64,000 nucleotides of DNA, from the NCBI RefSeq assembly GCF_009914755.1, contig NC_060927.1, one strand, 5' to 3'. Within the stretch, counting starts at the first letter, position 1, and each line of letters opens with the position of its first letter. A model generated the notes under the pieces. The model did no database searches, was not told the DNA's origin, and saw nothing but the letters and a program-made list of their open reading frames with translations. The DNA comes from the human T2T-CHM13v2.0 reference genome, Homo sapiens. Of this stretch, positions 37,851-52,805 are shown one piece after another. The position numbers were made by a program, and so were the translations under genes.

Positions 37851-39795
37851 TATTTTTACATACCAATGCCAGGAATTTTGTTACTGTAATAGCATTATTT
37901 CAGGTATGAGTCAGTAACTTTCTCTACCTTTCTTGATCCACTCTTCGGTTCCTGTCTCCTTCTTTTTCCCAGCCTCCTCATGCCCATCTTCAATGCCCTT
38001 CCACAAACTCACCCAGCCCCTTTATATCACTGAGCTCCTGAAACTCTCCTGATTTCTTCCATCTTCCCTTAATGTCCTATCTAATAATAATAGCAACAAC
38101 ACCAGTCAACATCATCATCACAATTTTCATCATCAAGACTGAAAATGAAGCTGGTGAGAGAAGCCTTGTAAAGCATGCAGCTATCTCCAACAAGGCTAAG
38201 GGAAGAGAAGAACTAAGGGCCAAGACCACCCCTAAGGTCAACCAGGAGACAGAAATCAAAATGGCTGAGGACTGAAGTTGAAAGATGCCACAAAGCAGTA
38301 TGGCTAATATTTTATATGATAAGTATAGTGCTTATATAACATTAGTATTTTCATAAATTTACATTTTACCTGCATTTCAAAGTGCTTATAAATTTATATT
38401 TTGAAATATATTTAATATTTAGTTTCACTCATTTACTAAATTTGGGAATTCTGAACCATTTTAAATTAAATACTACTACTGGCACTAGTATTTTAGCATT
38501 ACATGGAATAAGTAGTAAAATGCAGAAAATGACAACTTTCTGCAGAACTGGAATCACTAATCACACTATTGTTCAAACCTGTCAAAACCTGGACATTTTA
38601 ATTTTCATTTATTTCTGATCTTTTAACAAAATACAGTCTTCTGCTGCACATTGAGAAAGACAAGAGCAGTCTTTGATCGTTTAGGTATAATAAAAACTTG
38701 GACAATACAGAAAACACCAGCTCACATCAAAGTTTGACATGCCCCTAGGCTACTGTTCAGTGTGGCAATCAGCAAGTCATCTTCGCACATTGTAAATATA
38801 TTACTGTAGAATCCCACACATTCCAAAAATTCAAAGATACAAGTTAATGAAAACCCAGGGACTTTGAGGATATTAAGTGTACACAGATACTATAATTTCA
38901 GTGGGTAAATTTTATAAATACAGCCATCTAACTTTTTTCCATGAAATACTTATTAAATCCACTGTTCTATTTTTTCTGTTTGATAATAATTATTTGAGAA
39001 AGATGAAAGGTAAATGCTGAAAGAATGTTTTAGAGTTTCCATTTACCATACCTCATATGATGATGAATTAATAATAACAACAGAAAATATTTTATTTTTA
39101 TATGCATGTGTGTTTATTCATTGCTTATTCCAGCTACACATGTATCCTACACAGAAGACAAATTGACAAAAGAGGAACAGTTGCTATTATCATACCTACC
39201 CCAAGTGGGTCACTCATCTATGTTCCTCTTCTATTTTCCAGAATTTCATATAGGGCTCATTTTGTTAGAAGAAGGCCACACTTCTAGTTTGCTAAAGCCT
39301 ACATCTTTGTTCATAATCGTTTCTGATGCAGAAAAGAGGCTCCATTTTCTCTCCTTCTCTCCTTCCTGCAAACCTCACCTGGTAACTAGCCACAGAGAAG
39401 AGCTCTCTTTCCCAAATCCTGGAGAATTACTGTCATAAAATCAGATAATCTTCTGATGGGACTCAATCCTAACTTTCAAAACTTGCCCTTGGATGCTTGA
39501 GTTCATCCATTTATCTATTTCACTATTATTCGACAAGCATTTATTAAGCCTTACTCCATTGTCAGGCACTGTTCTAGACATGAGGATGTAACTGTTGAAG
39601 AGACACACACATTTCATACCTGCAAGGAGCTTATCGGCTCATCTTTTCTGAAGCTGAAATCTATCTACCACTTAGGGTTACACATAAAAAGCCCTGTCCC
39701 TCTTTCACATTACAGCCCTTAAATAGCTCAAGATGGTGCTACATCCCTTCCCTCTCTTCATCTGAATTTCTCCATCTCACTGAACCACTTCTGCT

Positions 39796-39945
39796 GCACC
39801 ACTGCCTGGTTTTTGTTTTTGTTTTGTAGAGACAGGATTCTTGCTTTGTTGCCCAGGCTGCTCTCAAACTCCCTGCTTCAAGCAATCCTCCCTCTTAGGC
39901 CTCTCAAAGTGTTGGAATTACAGGCGTTAGCCCCTGCCCTCAGCC
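39796..39945 (-). mobile_element. FLAM/AluJ left-monomer fragment
   Basis: gtagagacaggattcttgctttgttgcccaggctg...caaagtgttggaattacaggcg. Confidence 0.85.
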
Positions 39946-40050
39946 CCTGCATTGTATTTTTCATATCTACCTATGTGTCTATTTCCCCACTTAAGCTGTG
40001 AGCTTTTAAAAGCCAAGGTTCACATTTTCTTAATCTGCATTTTTATAGCA

Positions 40051-40257
40051 CAGAGTTTCTCAACCCTGACATGGTTGACATTTGAGGCTGGATAATTCTT
40101 TATTATGGGAGGGCATCCTGTGCATCGTAGGATGTATAACAGTGTCCCTAGCCTCTATCCACTAGATGCCAATAACAATCCCCCCTCCCATTTGTGACAG
40201 CTGAAAATGTTTCCTGACTCTGCCAAATTTCCTTGGGGATAAAATCACCTCCCACTG
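40051..40257 (-). mobile_element. MER20
   Basis: tttctcaacc...ggataattcttt...tcctgtgcatcgtaggatgt...ccactagatgcca...aaaatgtttcc. Confidence 0.88.
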
Positions 40258-40419
40258 CTCTGGCACTATATCCTGCAAAAAACTACACATTGGCATGCAA
40301 TTCACATTTGAGTAATTTACCATTTGCAAAACTTTTTAAATACATTGTTTCACGGATGCCCATGATATTTCTTGAACTAGGATTCCACGCCCATTTTGTA
40401 TTTCAGATTCAAACCTGGG

Positions 40420-40615
40420 CACTCTGAATCTGGAGCCAGCACTGTGAACCTAGTGGTGCAATCTTGGGAGAGTTACTCAACATCTGAGAGACTCAGTTTC
40501 CTCATCAATAAGGGGAAAAATATAGCCACATCTATCTCATAGTGTTGTGGTGAGGATTTAATGAGATGAACCTGGAACATAGGGGCTCAATCAAAGTTGA
40601 TTCACATTATTATTG
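40420..40615 (+). mobile_element. MIR SINE
   Basis: tcttgggagagttactcaac...ctcagtttcctcatc...gttgtggtgaggatttaatgagat. Confidence 0.8.
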
Positions 40616-40735
40616 CAATCAAGTACGACATTTTTTCTTTTGACCAGGCTGACTGTTCCACTAAGTTCTGAGGGAAAAAAAAATTAGCCATAGGAAAGAC
40701 TGTGATTCAGTTCAGAATCAGCCAATGTATGTTGA

Positions 40736-40800
40736 TGGGTAACCATACATCCTGGTTTGCCCTAGATAGTCCTTGTTTTATTCTGTTTTTATGAAATTGT
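40736..40800. mobile_element. MER94/MER81-like fragment
   Basis: gggtaaccatacatcctggtttgcctagatagtcc. Confidence 0.5.
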
Positions 40801-41066
40801 AATAGACAAAGGTATATGATAAACAACATGGGCACACTAATTAGCACTTGTTATATACAAAACAATTTTTAGGCCCTCTAATGTATGCCAAATAAAAGTT
40901 GAGGTCATCTCTAACCTTAAATGCATTTTTCTAGGGGGATGGGTAGTTTAAGAGTTGGTATATTGAGGCATAAACACAGTTCTTTGGGACACAATTGAAA
41001 GATGAAAGAAGGAATTTTAATGCCTGGCTGATGCCAATTTTGCCTTCCAATGTACACATTCATGCC

Positions 41067-41087
41067 TGCATGCACACATACACATAT

Positions 41088-41121
<34 letters not shown>
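41067..41121. repeat. (CA)n microsatellite
   Basis: Read directly from the sequence. Confidence 0.95.
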
Positions 41122-41123
<2 letters not shown>

Positions 41124-43077
41124 CTCTGTATTCTAATACCCTTTTAATCAAAAGGGAGATGGAGTAGAAATATACAAATACCAACATAAGTCCATGAAAA
41201 TTATGACCAAATAAAACAGTCAACTCAAGCTGTGAAGAAAGATTTGTCACATCATTGTCACCTCAAGTGCAGCATTAGATTTGTGGCCACAGTTCTCATT
41301 TATTGTTTGTAAGCTAGCTATTGTTTCAGTTTCGATCAGAATGGAGCTGAGTTGCAGATCAAAATCAGAGAGTTAGTTAAAAGTAGCAAAGAAAATTCAT
41401 CTCCACACCATAAAACCTTTCAGCCAGAAGGTAAATTTGGGACTAGCAAGTCTTCCGAAAACATACAAATATGTTTTCTTTTCAGGCTATAGTTTTTTTT
41501 CTATAAAATAATCTGGTTTTTGCTACACCTCCATGGTATTCATATTAAGTTTATGTTTCCTCCACTGACCATTGTTTTAAGTCTGAGATCTTAAAGCTTT
41601 CTAATTTTCCATTTCTCAGCTTGCAAGAAAAGAAAATCCTCTTAGTCAGTCAAATATGTCAAGACACAGATTAACAAACTAAGCTACTGCTCAAATCTAT
41701 GTACTCACCATGAGAATGAACACATATGAACACTGAGAGAAAATTTACTATCAAAGTTGAATGGGTCTATTATTCTGGCCTATCTCTTCCAGGGGAGTAG
41801 AATGTGATGTTATAATAAGAGTCAACATTTCCACAGAACTTTGGAGTTGAAGAGCACTCTGTCACATTCACAAGTTAATTTAATCCTCTTGCAGGGTTAA
41901 GATATAGATGTTTTCACTTTTATTTTAGAGTGTGAGAAAACAGAAATTAGGAGAAAGTTAAGAGACTTGTCCCAAGTTACAATCTAGAGAGCAATAGAGT
42001 TGAACATCAGATCCAAGCCCAGGGACCCTACATCCCATCTTTCCATCCCACTTGCTTATGTTTTGAGCCTTAATTTTGAGTTAGCAGGTGATGTCACCAC
42101 TGAGTAAATTGCAAAGATCAAGGGGAAATAGCAGGTGGGCAATACAAGCAAAGAAATGGAAACTCTAAGAAAGAAGTAACAGGAAATGCCAAACATCAGA
42201 AACCTTGTAATAGAAACAAAGAATGCCTTCGGTAGGCTTGAAAGTAGACTGATCCAGACTGAGGAAACAATAAATAAGTTTAAAAACGGTCAATAGGAAT
42301 TTTTCAAATTGAAATGCAAAGAAATAAAAAACTAGAACCTCCAAGAACTGTGGGGCAATTTCAAAAAGAGTAATATAACTGAAATGGGAAAGCCAGTAGG
42401 AGAAGGAACAGAAAACAGAGTGGAAGAGATAATTGAAATAATAATGGCCAAGAACTTCCTAAAACTAATGACAATTAACCACAGAACCAGGCAGCTCTGA
42501 GGCACCAAGTAGGATAAATGCCAAAAAATACACTTAAACATATTTTCTTCAAAGTGAACATAAACGAGTAAATAAGAGAAGAGAAAATCTTGTAAGAAGC
42601 CAGAGGGAAAAAACACTTTGTTTATAGTGGAGCAAGAATATGGATTACAGTAGACTTCTCATCAGAAACCATGCAAGTGAGTAAAGAGTAGGATAAAATA
42701 TTTCAAGCTCCCAATGGCCAAAGCTAGAACTGTTAAAGCAACAGAATAAGATAGTACTGGATTAATATGCAAAGTATAAAATCAACATCTCTGAGTCCAT
42801 TTGATATAAGTAAATAGTTGAACATACAAATAATAAATAAGAGTGAAGAGACAATGGAAATCTTTATGCAGAATTCCAAGTAACTTACGCAGAAACTCTA
42901 CCCTCACAGGGTGGGGCATAATTCCCCATTCCTCAAGTGTGTGGTGCACATAGTGACTTCCTCAAAAAGAATACAGTATGGAAAGGGGGAAAAATAGAAA
43001 TAGCTTTATAGTGTCAAAATGCTACCACAATTGTGGTGACAAATGCTACCACAGGTAGGTGATCGAGGTCAGCATCA

Positions 43078-43500
<423 letters not shown>

Positions 43501-44068
43501 TAAAAAAGACACTGCCTCTGTGATCTTCTGCCTGAGATGGACAACCCCAGTCTAATTATGAGAAAAACATCAGAGAAAACTCAACTGTAGGACAGTCTAC
43601 CAAACAACCAGTAATTCTTAAAACTGTCAATGTCATCAATAACAGGGAAAGACTGAGAAACTGTCACAACCAAGAGGAACCTAAAGAGACATGTTGATGA
43701 AATGTAATGTGGTATCTTCGGTGGGATTCTGGGGATTCGGGAGCAGAAAAAGGACATTAGGTAAAAGCTAAGTAAATCAGTCTGTAACCATCATAAAACA
43801 ATTAATATTTACCTATTAATTTTAACAGGTATACCATACAAATGTAATGATGACAATATAACTTTTACATATTTTTATATTTCATGAGGAATTTTATATG
43901 CAACTAAGGTAATAATAACTTAATCAACATTATGCCACAATGTACCATACTAACATAACATTAAGATGTTAATGGGAAACTGGATGGGGAGCATATGGGA
44001 ACTTTCTGTTTGCTATATAACTAAAATTGTCCTAAAATAAACATTTACTTAAAAATAAAGTCAAAAGA

Positions 44069-44432
<364 letters not shown>

Positions 44433-47400
44433 TTAACATACAATTTATCACCAGCAATCATGTACTCTAAGAAATTTCAAAGGATGTTCTTTAGGCAGAA
44501 GCATAATCAGACAGAAACTTGCATTTACATAAAGAAATAAAGAGATCTGAAATGGCCAAAATAAAAGTAAACATAATTTTTTTTTTCTTTCTTGTAATGG
44601 CGCTAAAAGAAAATCCACTAAAGAAAACTTTGTGACATTGTTTTGCAGAGTTTGCAGCATTTGTAAAAGTAAAAATGTATGATGACAATTGCACAAAGGA
44701 CAAAAGAGAGGAATTGGAAGTACCCTGTTTTAGGATTCTTGCACTATGTGTGGCCTTGTAATATCACTTGAAGGTAGACTGTAATAAGTTGCAAATAGAA
44801 ATAATGGATCAAATGAGCTGCAAAAATATAGTTGCTGCCACAAAATTTAGCTTTTGATTCAAAAAGTAAGGCATGAAATAGTTCAGAAAATTACACAGGA
44901 AGAGACTATGAGAGAAAGACAATGAAAGACAGCAGTAGCCACATTATGTGTTTTTGGAGAGTGTATATGTGTGTGTTTTCTTCTAACTAGAAACATAGTA
45001 ATGTTTAAAGTAACAAAAAGACAACAATATAGTGATTTTATCCCTGAAGTTTTGGAACTATGAGTTTACTTCATGCCTTTCACCTTATGCCTGCTTTGGG
45101 GCAGAATTAATTAAACATGTGAAGATGACATACATACTTTTACATAACTCTGGACTCTCATAAGAAGGTAGGGAAAGATTAGGAATGTGATTACTTAAGG
45201 AGAATAAAAGGAGAATAAAATGTACAAGCCAGGATTCAGCTCTCGACGTGGCCTCTTAAGAATGTGCCCTTAAGTAACACTTGACTTTACAGAACCGTCA
45301 ATTTCACATGCATATCATGAGGCAAATACTCTACCTTAAATGGAAGTTATAAGGCACGTAACAGGTCATTCATACATTTTAGCTGCCTTCTCTAAGAGAA
45401 AGTTGTGGATGGAGAATATTTTACTCAAAATTAAGGGTGAGAGTTAAAACGTGTACTAGACAATACAGCAGAAACATTGCCCAATCCAGACAGTTAGAAC
45501 CAAATCAGAATGGATGTGCCATAAACAACACTTCACTAGGACTTTGCTAGGTTAGACTGGCTGAATATCAGCTATGCTGGAAACTGTAAGTTATTTTGAT
45601 TTCTAAAGTTGGCCCAGTCATCCTGTCCTAATTACCAGAGGCTAGTTCAAGCAGAAATTGTTTATTATATTTTATTTGTTTCTGTGATATGCAAAGCAAA
45701 CAGCATTTGAAGAACCTATCTGTATGTAAAGGCTGAGTTTTAGATGTTTGACAATAAATGAGCTATGTGGTGGGTTCATGTAAGGCTATATCGACATATT
45801 ATGCAATGCAAATATTTGTGATTTCTCTTCTAGTTGGAAGCCCAGGATAGCATGTGAGTCTGTTTCTAAATTTTAGCTCCAGTTTTCTCTGGCACAAAAT
45901 TATCATTGCTTCTCCTCCTCCTCTTCCTCTTTCTCTTTCCTCTCCTTTTTTTTTTTTTTTTTTTTTTTAAGTACCTCTTCTGGAAGCTAAAGCTTTTTCT
46001 TACATGGTAGCTTTTACATTCACCAGAAATTTAGTCTAAGTTTTGTCTGTCTGATTTTCTTTCTTTCCTTGAGTTTAATTCATTTTGTTCAATTAACAGT
46101 CAGTGAAGATCAACACGATACTAAGTGCCAAACTATTAATACAAGAGTAAATCTATAAATACAACTGTGGGAGCTTGGAAGAATTTCTGGTAGCGTAGAT
46201 GGATGAGGTGAGCAATGAGAATGGTTGCCATCCAGAGGTAGACATAGAAATGCATTTGCTTGTGCGAGTGAGTTGGCAACATTGGTGAACAGGAAAGCCT
46301 GAGTGAGAAGTCAAGGGATCTAGGCAGGTGATGGTCTAAATGAAAAGTCAACAAGAAGAGGAAAGGATTTTCTGAAAAGAAGTAGAGGATGCTGTACTAA
46401 GAGGTTTCCTTGAGTAGATGGCCCCATAACCTGTGGCCTGAGCCTTAACTTGGCCTAAGTCCCAGAGTTGCCTGACATGGGAAGGCTGACTCAGGTAATC
46501 AAACATATGAGATTGAGGCACACGGTCCATAAGCCAATTTGCTAGTTTCTAATGAGGCTTACACTGTTCTGATTAGTTGAATTCTTGTCCCCCATTTAAG
46601 GCCCCACTCCTTCTCAATTCAGAAGCCTAAGACATCAAAAGATTTCCATGTCACAGACTGAAAGCTGTATTTTGAATGCTAAACACCCACAAAACTTAGG
46701 AATGGCAATTCTGAATGCCTGGGGTGGCATGCTCAATATGCCACAGTGATCATTGAAATCACCCTGGTCCCACCCTTGCAAACATAAAAACATAACCAAA
46801 ATAAATTAAGTTATTTTCATGAACTTATATAATTTTTGCCTTACCACAAGTCTAATTTAATGCAAGGTGAAATAATGTCAAAGATATATTTAGTACTTTC
46901 CCTTTAAATACTGCTGCTAAAACTAATAATATCCTGGATCATACATTTTTTATCTCTAGGAGTCACTTTTTTCCTGATAGTTTATAGCTCTGATACTTTG
47001 TCACTAGGAAAGAAAGATTCAATGTATAAGAATTTGATTTACAAACTTTGAGCTGTACAGCTATGTAGATGTGCTCTTGGATGTCCCCTGGTGGCTGACT
47101 AGAGTCAATACATGTCTCATAAATGCCCCACTACCAGCTCTTCTTGTTTCCCCTTTGCACAAAGACTGCAGCCTGTTCTTGGAATGTATTATCATCACAT
47201 ATTGTTAATACATCTGAAAGGAAAACAGATATCATCTGCCTCCACTTACTCATTTTCAACCTGGGGACTAATGCTCAGAGAGTGAATGTTTCACCCAGGG
47301 TGATAGAACCAGCCGCAGACAGAGCTGGGACTGGATTCCAAATGGTCACACAACTAGACCCCACAAAGTTTTATGAGCTCCCATTCAGCAAGCCAAGAAG

Positions 47401-48299
47401 CCTGTGTCTCCTTGTTTTCTTCTTCCATTGTGAATATATGCAAAGCAGTAAAATTGTAATTGCAAGAATTGTATACCCTCATTGAGCTCATTTGGTTTAA
47501 GTGCAGAGTGCTACGATTCTTGTCGTTTATCATCCAGAACTAAAACTCCTTCATGTATTTTGAAAGAAGGAAATGAAACAGCAGAATTATGATACATCAG
47601 TCCACTTAATTATTGTTTACAAGTCTTAGTGAAGCAGCATGCCAAGAGTTTTCTTTGCCACCCAAGCTGTACTCTAGATGGCGAGCCATAGCCTCATAGC
47701 TGCCAGAGAGTTTGAACAGTCCTGCCAGATTTTCAGCAAGTCCATCCATCAAACTAGAACTAAGTGAGTATGCAACAAATACTAGAATTTCTACAAATAT
47801 GAGAGGAAGAATGATGCTTGAACCATTCTAATTGTCTTAATTCTGAATACCTTCTCATGAGAGATGGTTCAGATCCATGGACTGCTTAGATCTTCAGCCA
47901 GGATGATGTGCTCCCAGAATGATTCTACTGGCCATTAGAAGAGATGGCCAAGTGATCTCTAACTGACAAATAGGAACACGAATGCCATGAAATATAAAAA
48001 TGATAGAGATTGAAGAAAGATGTTGGGACCACTGAGAGATCCTTCCAAGTCACATCTGAATTATTTCATGTCCTTTTAACTCTGGACTCAAAGACTAGGT
48101 TTCAGCACCCATTAGTCACTGCAGGCCAACAGGTTCCAAACAGGTTCTTTCTAGCCATTTATTCCAATTAAGCACATAACCCTCTTGAAGGTCTCAAAGA
48201 GTTTTGTGTTTTTGCTAATAATAAAATCAGACAAAAGCCACAATAACAAGCAAAGAGAGATTGACAGGGTTGGAAAAGTTGATCAGATTAAAAATAACA

Positions 48300-50050
48300 C
48301 ACATCTTGCCAAAGAAGATATACAGATGACAAGTGAATATATAAAAATATGCTCAATATCATTTGTCATTAGTTAATTATAAATTGAACAATGAGACACC
48401 AAATGCATACCTACTAGAATAGGTAAATTAAAAATAATAACAATACCAATTGTTGGCAAGGATGTGGAAAAACAGGAACTTTCAGATACTGCTGGTGGGA
48501 ATGCAAAATGATATGGCCACTTTAGAAGAAAGTTTGGCAGTTTATTACAAAGCTAAATATAGTTTTATCACACAACCCATTAATCACACTCCTGGGTATT
48601 TACCCAAATGATTTGAAAACTTCTCTGGGGGGAGGGGGGAGGGATAGCATTAGGAGAGATATCTAATGTAAATGATGAGTTAACGGGTCCAGCACACCAA
48701 CATGGCACATGTATACATATGTAACAAACCTGCACGTTGTGCACATGTACCTTAGAACTTAAAGGATAATAAAAATAAATAAAACTCTACACAAAAACCT
48801 ACCTGTGAATCTTCACAGCGTCTATATACATAATCACTAACCACTGAAATCAAGCAAGATGTTCTTTAATAGATGTGGAATGGATTAACAAACTGTGCTA
48901 TGTCCATATAACCTATTTATCTTAAAATTATATTTTATTCTGTTTATATGGATATATAGTATTACATATATTATATGGATATACATTATTCATATAACAG
49001 AATACAAATAAATTAGCTATCAAGCCATGGAAAGTTACAGATGACTCTTAAATATATACTGCTAAGTGAAGGAAGTCACTCTAAAAATACTACATACTGT
49101 ATGGTTACAATTATATGGCATTCTGGAAAGGCAAAACTATAGCAATGGTAAAAAGATCAGTGTTTGCCAAAGGTTTCAAAGATGAAGAAAAGGGTTGACT
49201 AGGTGAATGAAGCATAGAGGGTATTTTTAGGGTGGTGAAGCTGTTCTGTATGGTACTATAATGGTGGGTACATGACAGTACAGATTAGTCAAAACCCTTA
49301 GAACTATATGCACAGAGTGAACTTTAATGTCTACAGATTTTTAAACTAAATTTATTGTTCATATTTGAGGTTTACAACATGACATTGTGGGATACATATA
49401 GATAGTAAAATAATTGCTATAGTGAAGCAAATTAATGTTATCTCTCAGCTCATATAATTACCTCTTTCGATAAGAGGGATTTTAACAAAATTTCCTAATC
49501 CAATACAATTTTGTTAACAATAGTCTACATGTTATACATTTAAAAATCATTCAAGAGGTTGAAGATTCCAGGATGGAATCCAGAATGTGACGTTTTAACA
49601 GTATTACAATTGTATGAAACAACCTCACTGAAAGGGGTTAGGGAGAGAGATGCTGATCTAAGTAACTTTGAAAATGAGTGGAGTCTATAAGACTAAAGGC
49701 AGAATAAATTGTACTTTAGCACTGTACTCTAGTTGATAAACTTATTTCCCATTGAGTAAAGATGAACCATTCTGATACGTCTATACATGTGTACTAAAAT
49801 TAAACAATGGCAGATGGTGAGGCCATGTTTCTCATGACTGCAGTGGGGGTTTGCAGATAAATAAAGGGAGCCCCCCCTTTATATGACACCCCACACCTAC
49901 AGTGTGCCCTGCTCATAGTGGTATAGTGATTTCCTTAATAGGCATACAGCATAAAAAAAGGAGGAAAAATAGTAATTTTATAGTGTTAAAACGTAACAGA
50001 CATACCTCAGCAACAGATCAAAGTATCAACAGTGATAAGTCATACTGATA
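48300..50050 (+). mobile_element. Old L1MC-type 3' region with nested insertions
   Basis: caaagaagatatacagatg...tgctggtgggaatgcaaaatg...ggcattctggaaaggcaaaactatag; a minus-strand L1MA-like 3' piece at ~49340-49540. Confidence 0.8.
48627..48783 (+). mobile_element. L1PA 3'-end, heavily 5'-truncated
   Basis: ggggggagggggagggatagcattaggag...catggcacatgtatacatatgtaacaaacctgcacgttgtgcacatgtacc followed by an A-rich tail. Confidence 0.95.
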
Positions 50051-50052
50051 GT

Positions 50053-50394
50053 ATAGTGTCTACTGGTATCCATGGGGAATTGTTTCCAGGACTCCCCTCC
50101 CACCAAGATATGAACATCTGCAAAGGCACAAGTTCCTTATATAAAATGGCATGGTATTTACATACAACCTTCACATATACTTCTTTATACTTTACATTAT
50201 CTTTAGATTACTTATAATGCCTAATACAATGTAAATGCTATATAGTTATGCTGTATTTTTATCTGTCTTATTTTTTACTGTTGTATTGTTAGTTTTTCTT
50301 GTTTTTTTCCAAAATACTTTTGATCTGCAATTGGTTGAATCTGTGCATGTGGAGGCCACAGATACAGAACCTGTGGATTCAGAGGGCTGACAGT
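50053..50394 (+). mobile_element. MER2 (TcMar-Tigger MITE)
   Basis: gtatccatggggaattgtttccaggac...ccttatataaaatggcatggtattt...ttggttgaatctgtg...gagggctgacagta. Confidence 0.88.
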
Positions 50395-50811
50395 ATTCAC
50401 ACTTGATGTGAGATTTATTTCAAATTCAGTTACGTTATTTTCAGCTATGTATACATTGTGATAGATACTAGGAAGACAAAATAATAAAGACAAGCATGAG
50501 CATTCACAGCAGCTAATTGTCCAATGGAGAAACTAATAAATCATTCATATACATATTTTTCAAGTAGTATTTATTCAGTGGCCATTTACTTGGCCTTGTA
50601 GCTGTAATGGTAAGTAAGTTAGGTATGGCTCCTGCCTTCAGGGAGCATTGTTTAGTTGGGAGGATAGACAGCTGACCCAGGTGATTGCCACTAAATGAGT
50701 CAAGTGTTACCAAAGAGTAAGTGTAGGTATAATGAGAGCACAAAAGAGGAACATTTCACCTGGACAATAAGGCTTTCAACATCATCAACTCATAAGGTCA
50801 AAGAAGGCTTT

Positions 50812-51217
50812 TGCTATAAAGTAAATATATGTATCCCTCCTCCCCCCAAATTCAGATGTTGAAACCTCATCCCAAAGTGATGATATCTGGAGGTGGGTCT
50901 TTGGGAGGTAATTATGTCATTGAGGGGAGAGCCCCTCAAGAACAGGATTAGTGCCCTTATAAAAGGGACCCCAGAGAGCCCCCTCACCACTTGGACTTCC
51001 CAGCCTGCAGAATCGTGAGCAACACATTTCTGTTGTTTATAAGCCACTCAGACCACAGCACTCTTTCAATGGGTAAGAAAAAAGAAAACCATGACTGGGG
51101 ACATATATATGTTAATGATTGATTTTTGTTCCCAAATACATTGAAGTCGAAAAATAAGTAATCCAACTGTTACAGAAGCCTGAATTTTTGTTACAGAAGC
51201 CTGAGTAGACTAAGACA
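50812..51217 (+). mobile_element. MLT1A-type LTR, internally rearranged
   Basis: ccccaaattcagatgttgaaacc...ggattagtgcccttataaaaggg; terminus-like agactaagaca at 51217. Confidence 0.75.
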
Positions 51218-51402
51218 GATTTCAAAATAAATTGGTGCTCTGTGTATGCTGAGACCAGAATATTGAGTAGAATTAGTCCAGGAAAAGGGGAAGGGAGAAG
51301 GTAGGAAAGGGTACTGAGTGGAGGAAATTATATTTAGTAAGCTCCTGGCCAGTGCAGGCTGAAAGAAACAACATCTCTTTGTGGACCTTGCCTGGTCCTC
51401 CT

Positions 51403-51880
51403 CTGTGGCACAGTCTGCTAGTTTTCCCCCGTATAAGTTTCCTCCTTCTTTATTAATGGAAACCTGGATTTTTAGCTGAGTGCATGGCCACCTGTAATGA
51501 AGACTGCATTTTTCACCCTCTCTTGCAGCCAGAAGTGACCCTGTGACTTGTGATTCGCTCATAGAATATAGTGGATGCAGTGATTTAAACTTCTAGGAAA
51601 ACCAAAGAAGAATAAAAAAAACTACCACATCCAGAGAATGTCCTTCTCCTTCCACTTTTTTCTCCCTGTTGACTGAAGCTGGAGAAACCATCTTGCGTCA
51701 TGATGTAGAATCCCAAGCAACAAGAGGGGAAAAATCTGTATTCTTGATTGTAATAATAGAGCAGCCAGATTAGTCTTGGACTTCCTACTTTCACATTTGA
51801 GAGAAATCAATGTAGGCTTTTTAAAGCCTCCATTGTTTGGGTTTACTGTCATGGCCAAAGATAATGTAATCAATCCAACT
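51403..51880 (+). mobile_element. Old MLT1 (J-like) LTR
   Basis: gactgcatttttcaccctctcttgcagccagaagtgacc...gagagaaatcaatg...tttaaagcc. Confidence 0.65.
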
Positions 51881-52334
51881 TATGTTTCCATATCTACCTA
51901 CAACTGTCTTCTGAATCAGCAGCAATTAAGCTTCTGACTCTCATTTATAAGCTGTTCTGATCCACTTGGTAAAAGGCCATGATGACTTTCCTAGGTGAAG
52001 CCTTGAGAAATTGAGAACAGGAATATGGCCTCCAGGATTTTTCCTCTTAGATGAAATTGTATTTTGTTTCAGATCTTTGCTCAAATCAACATACATATTC
52101 CATGCCTTTGTACCTTCATTGTCTCCCATCTCTTTCTTTCTTTCTCTAGGATAAAGAAAGAAAGAAATATGTAGTGGTGGTGGTGCTGCTGTGTGTTAGG
52201 TGAATAAACAGACCACCTAGAAATACCCAACCTAGGGATGAAGGAGGAATGGGGGGTTAAGGGACATGGTTGACATTGTTAAGTCAAATTGTAAATGACA
52301 ACATTTCCAGGGAACTCCTTCACTGATCATCTTT

Positions 52335-52805
52335 ATTTTAAATCTTTTAGTTTTAGAAGAGTTTCGCATTTACAGAAAAATGGTGGAGATAATGAAGAGA
52401 GTTGCCATATACTCCACACCCAGTTTCTTTCCTTACATACTGCCTTAGTGTGTCAAGTTTGTTACAATAGTGGACCACTGTTGATACATTATTATTCACT
52501 AAAGTCCATACTTTATTCAGATATCCTTAGTCTTTACCTACCGTTGATTTTCTGTTCCAGGATTCCATCCAGGATACCACATAGCATTTAGTCATCATGC
52601 CTCCTTAGGCTCCTCTTGGCTGTCATGGTTTCTTGTACTTTCTTGCTTTTGATGATATTGACAATTTTGAGGAGTACTGGTCAAGTATTTTGAAGAATGT
52701 CCCTCAATTGGGATTTGTCTGATATTTTTCTCATGATTACACTGAGGTTACAGGTTTTGAGAAGGAAACCCAGAGAGGTGAAGTGTTGTGTTCATTACCT
52801 CACAT
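52335..52805 (-). mobile_element. Old L1M (MC-type) 3' end
   Basis: ttgatacattattattcactaaagtccatactttattcagat...ttctgttccaggattccatccaggataccac. Confidence 0.8.
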
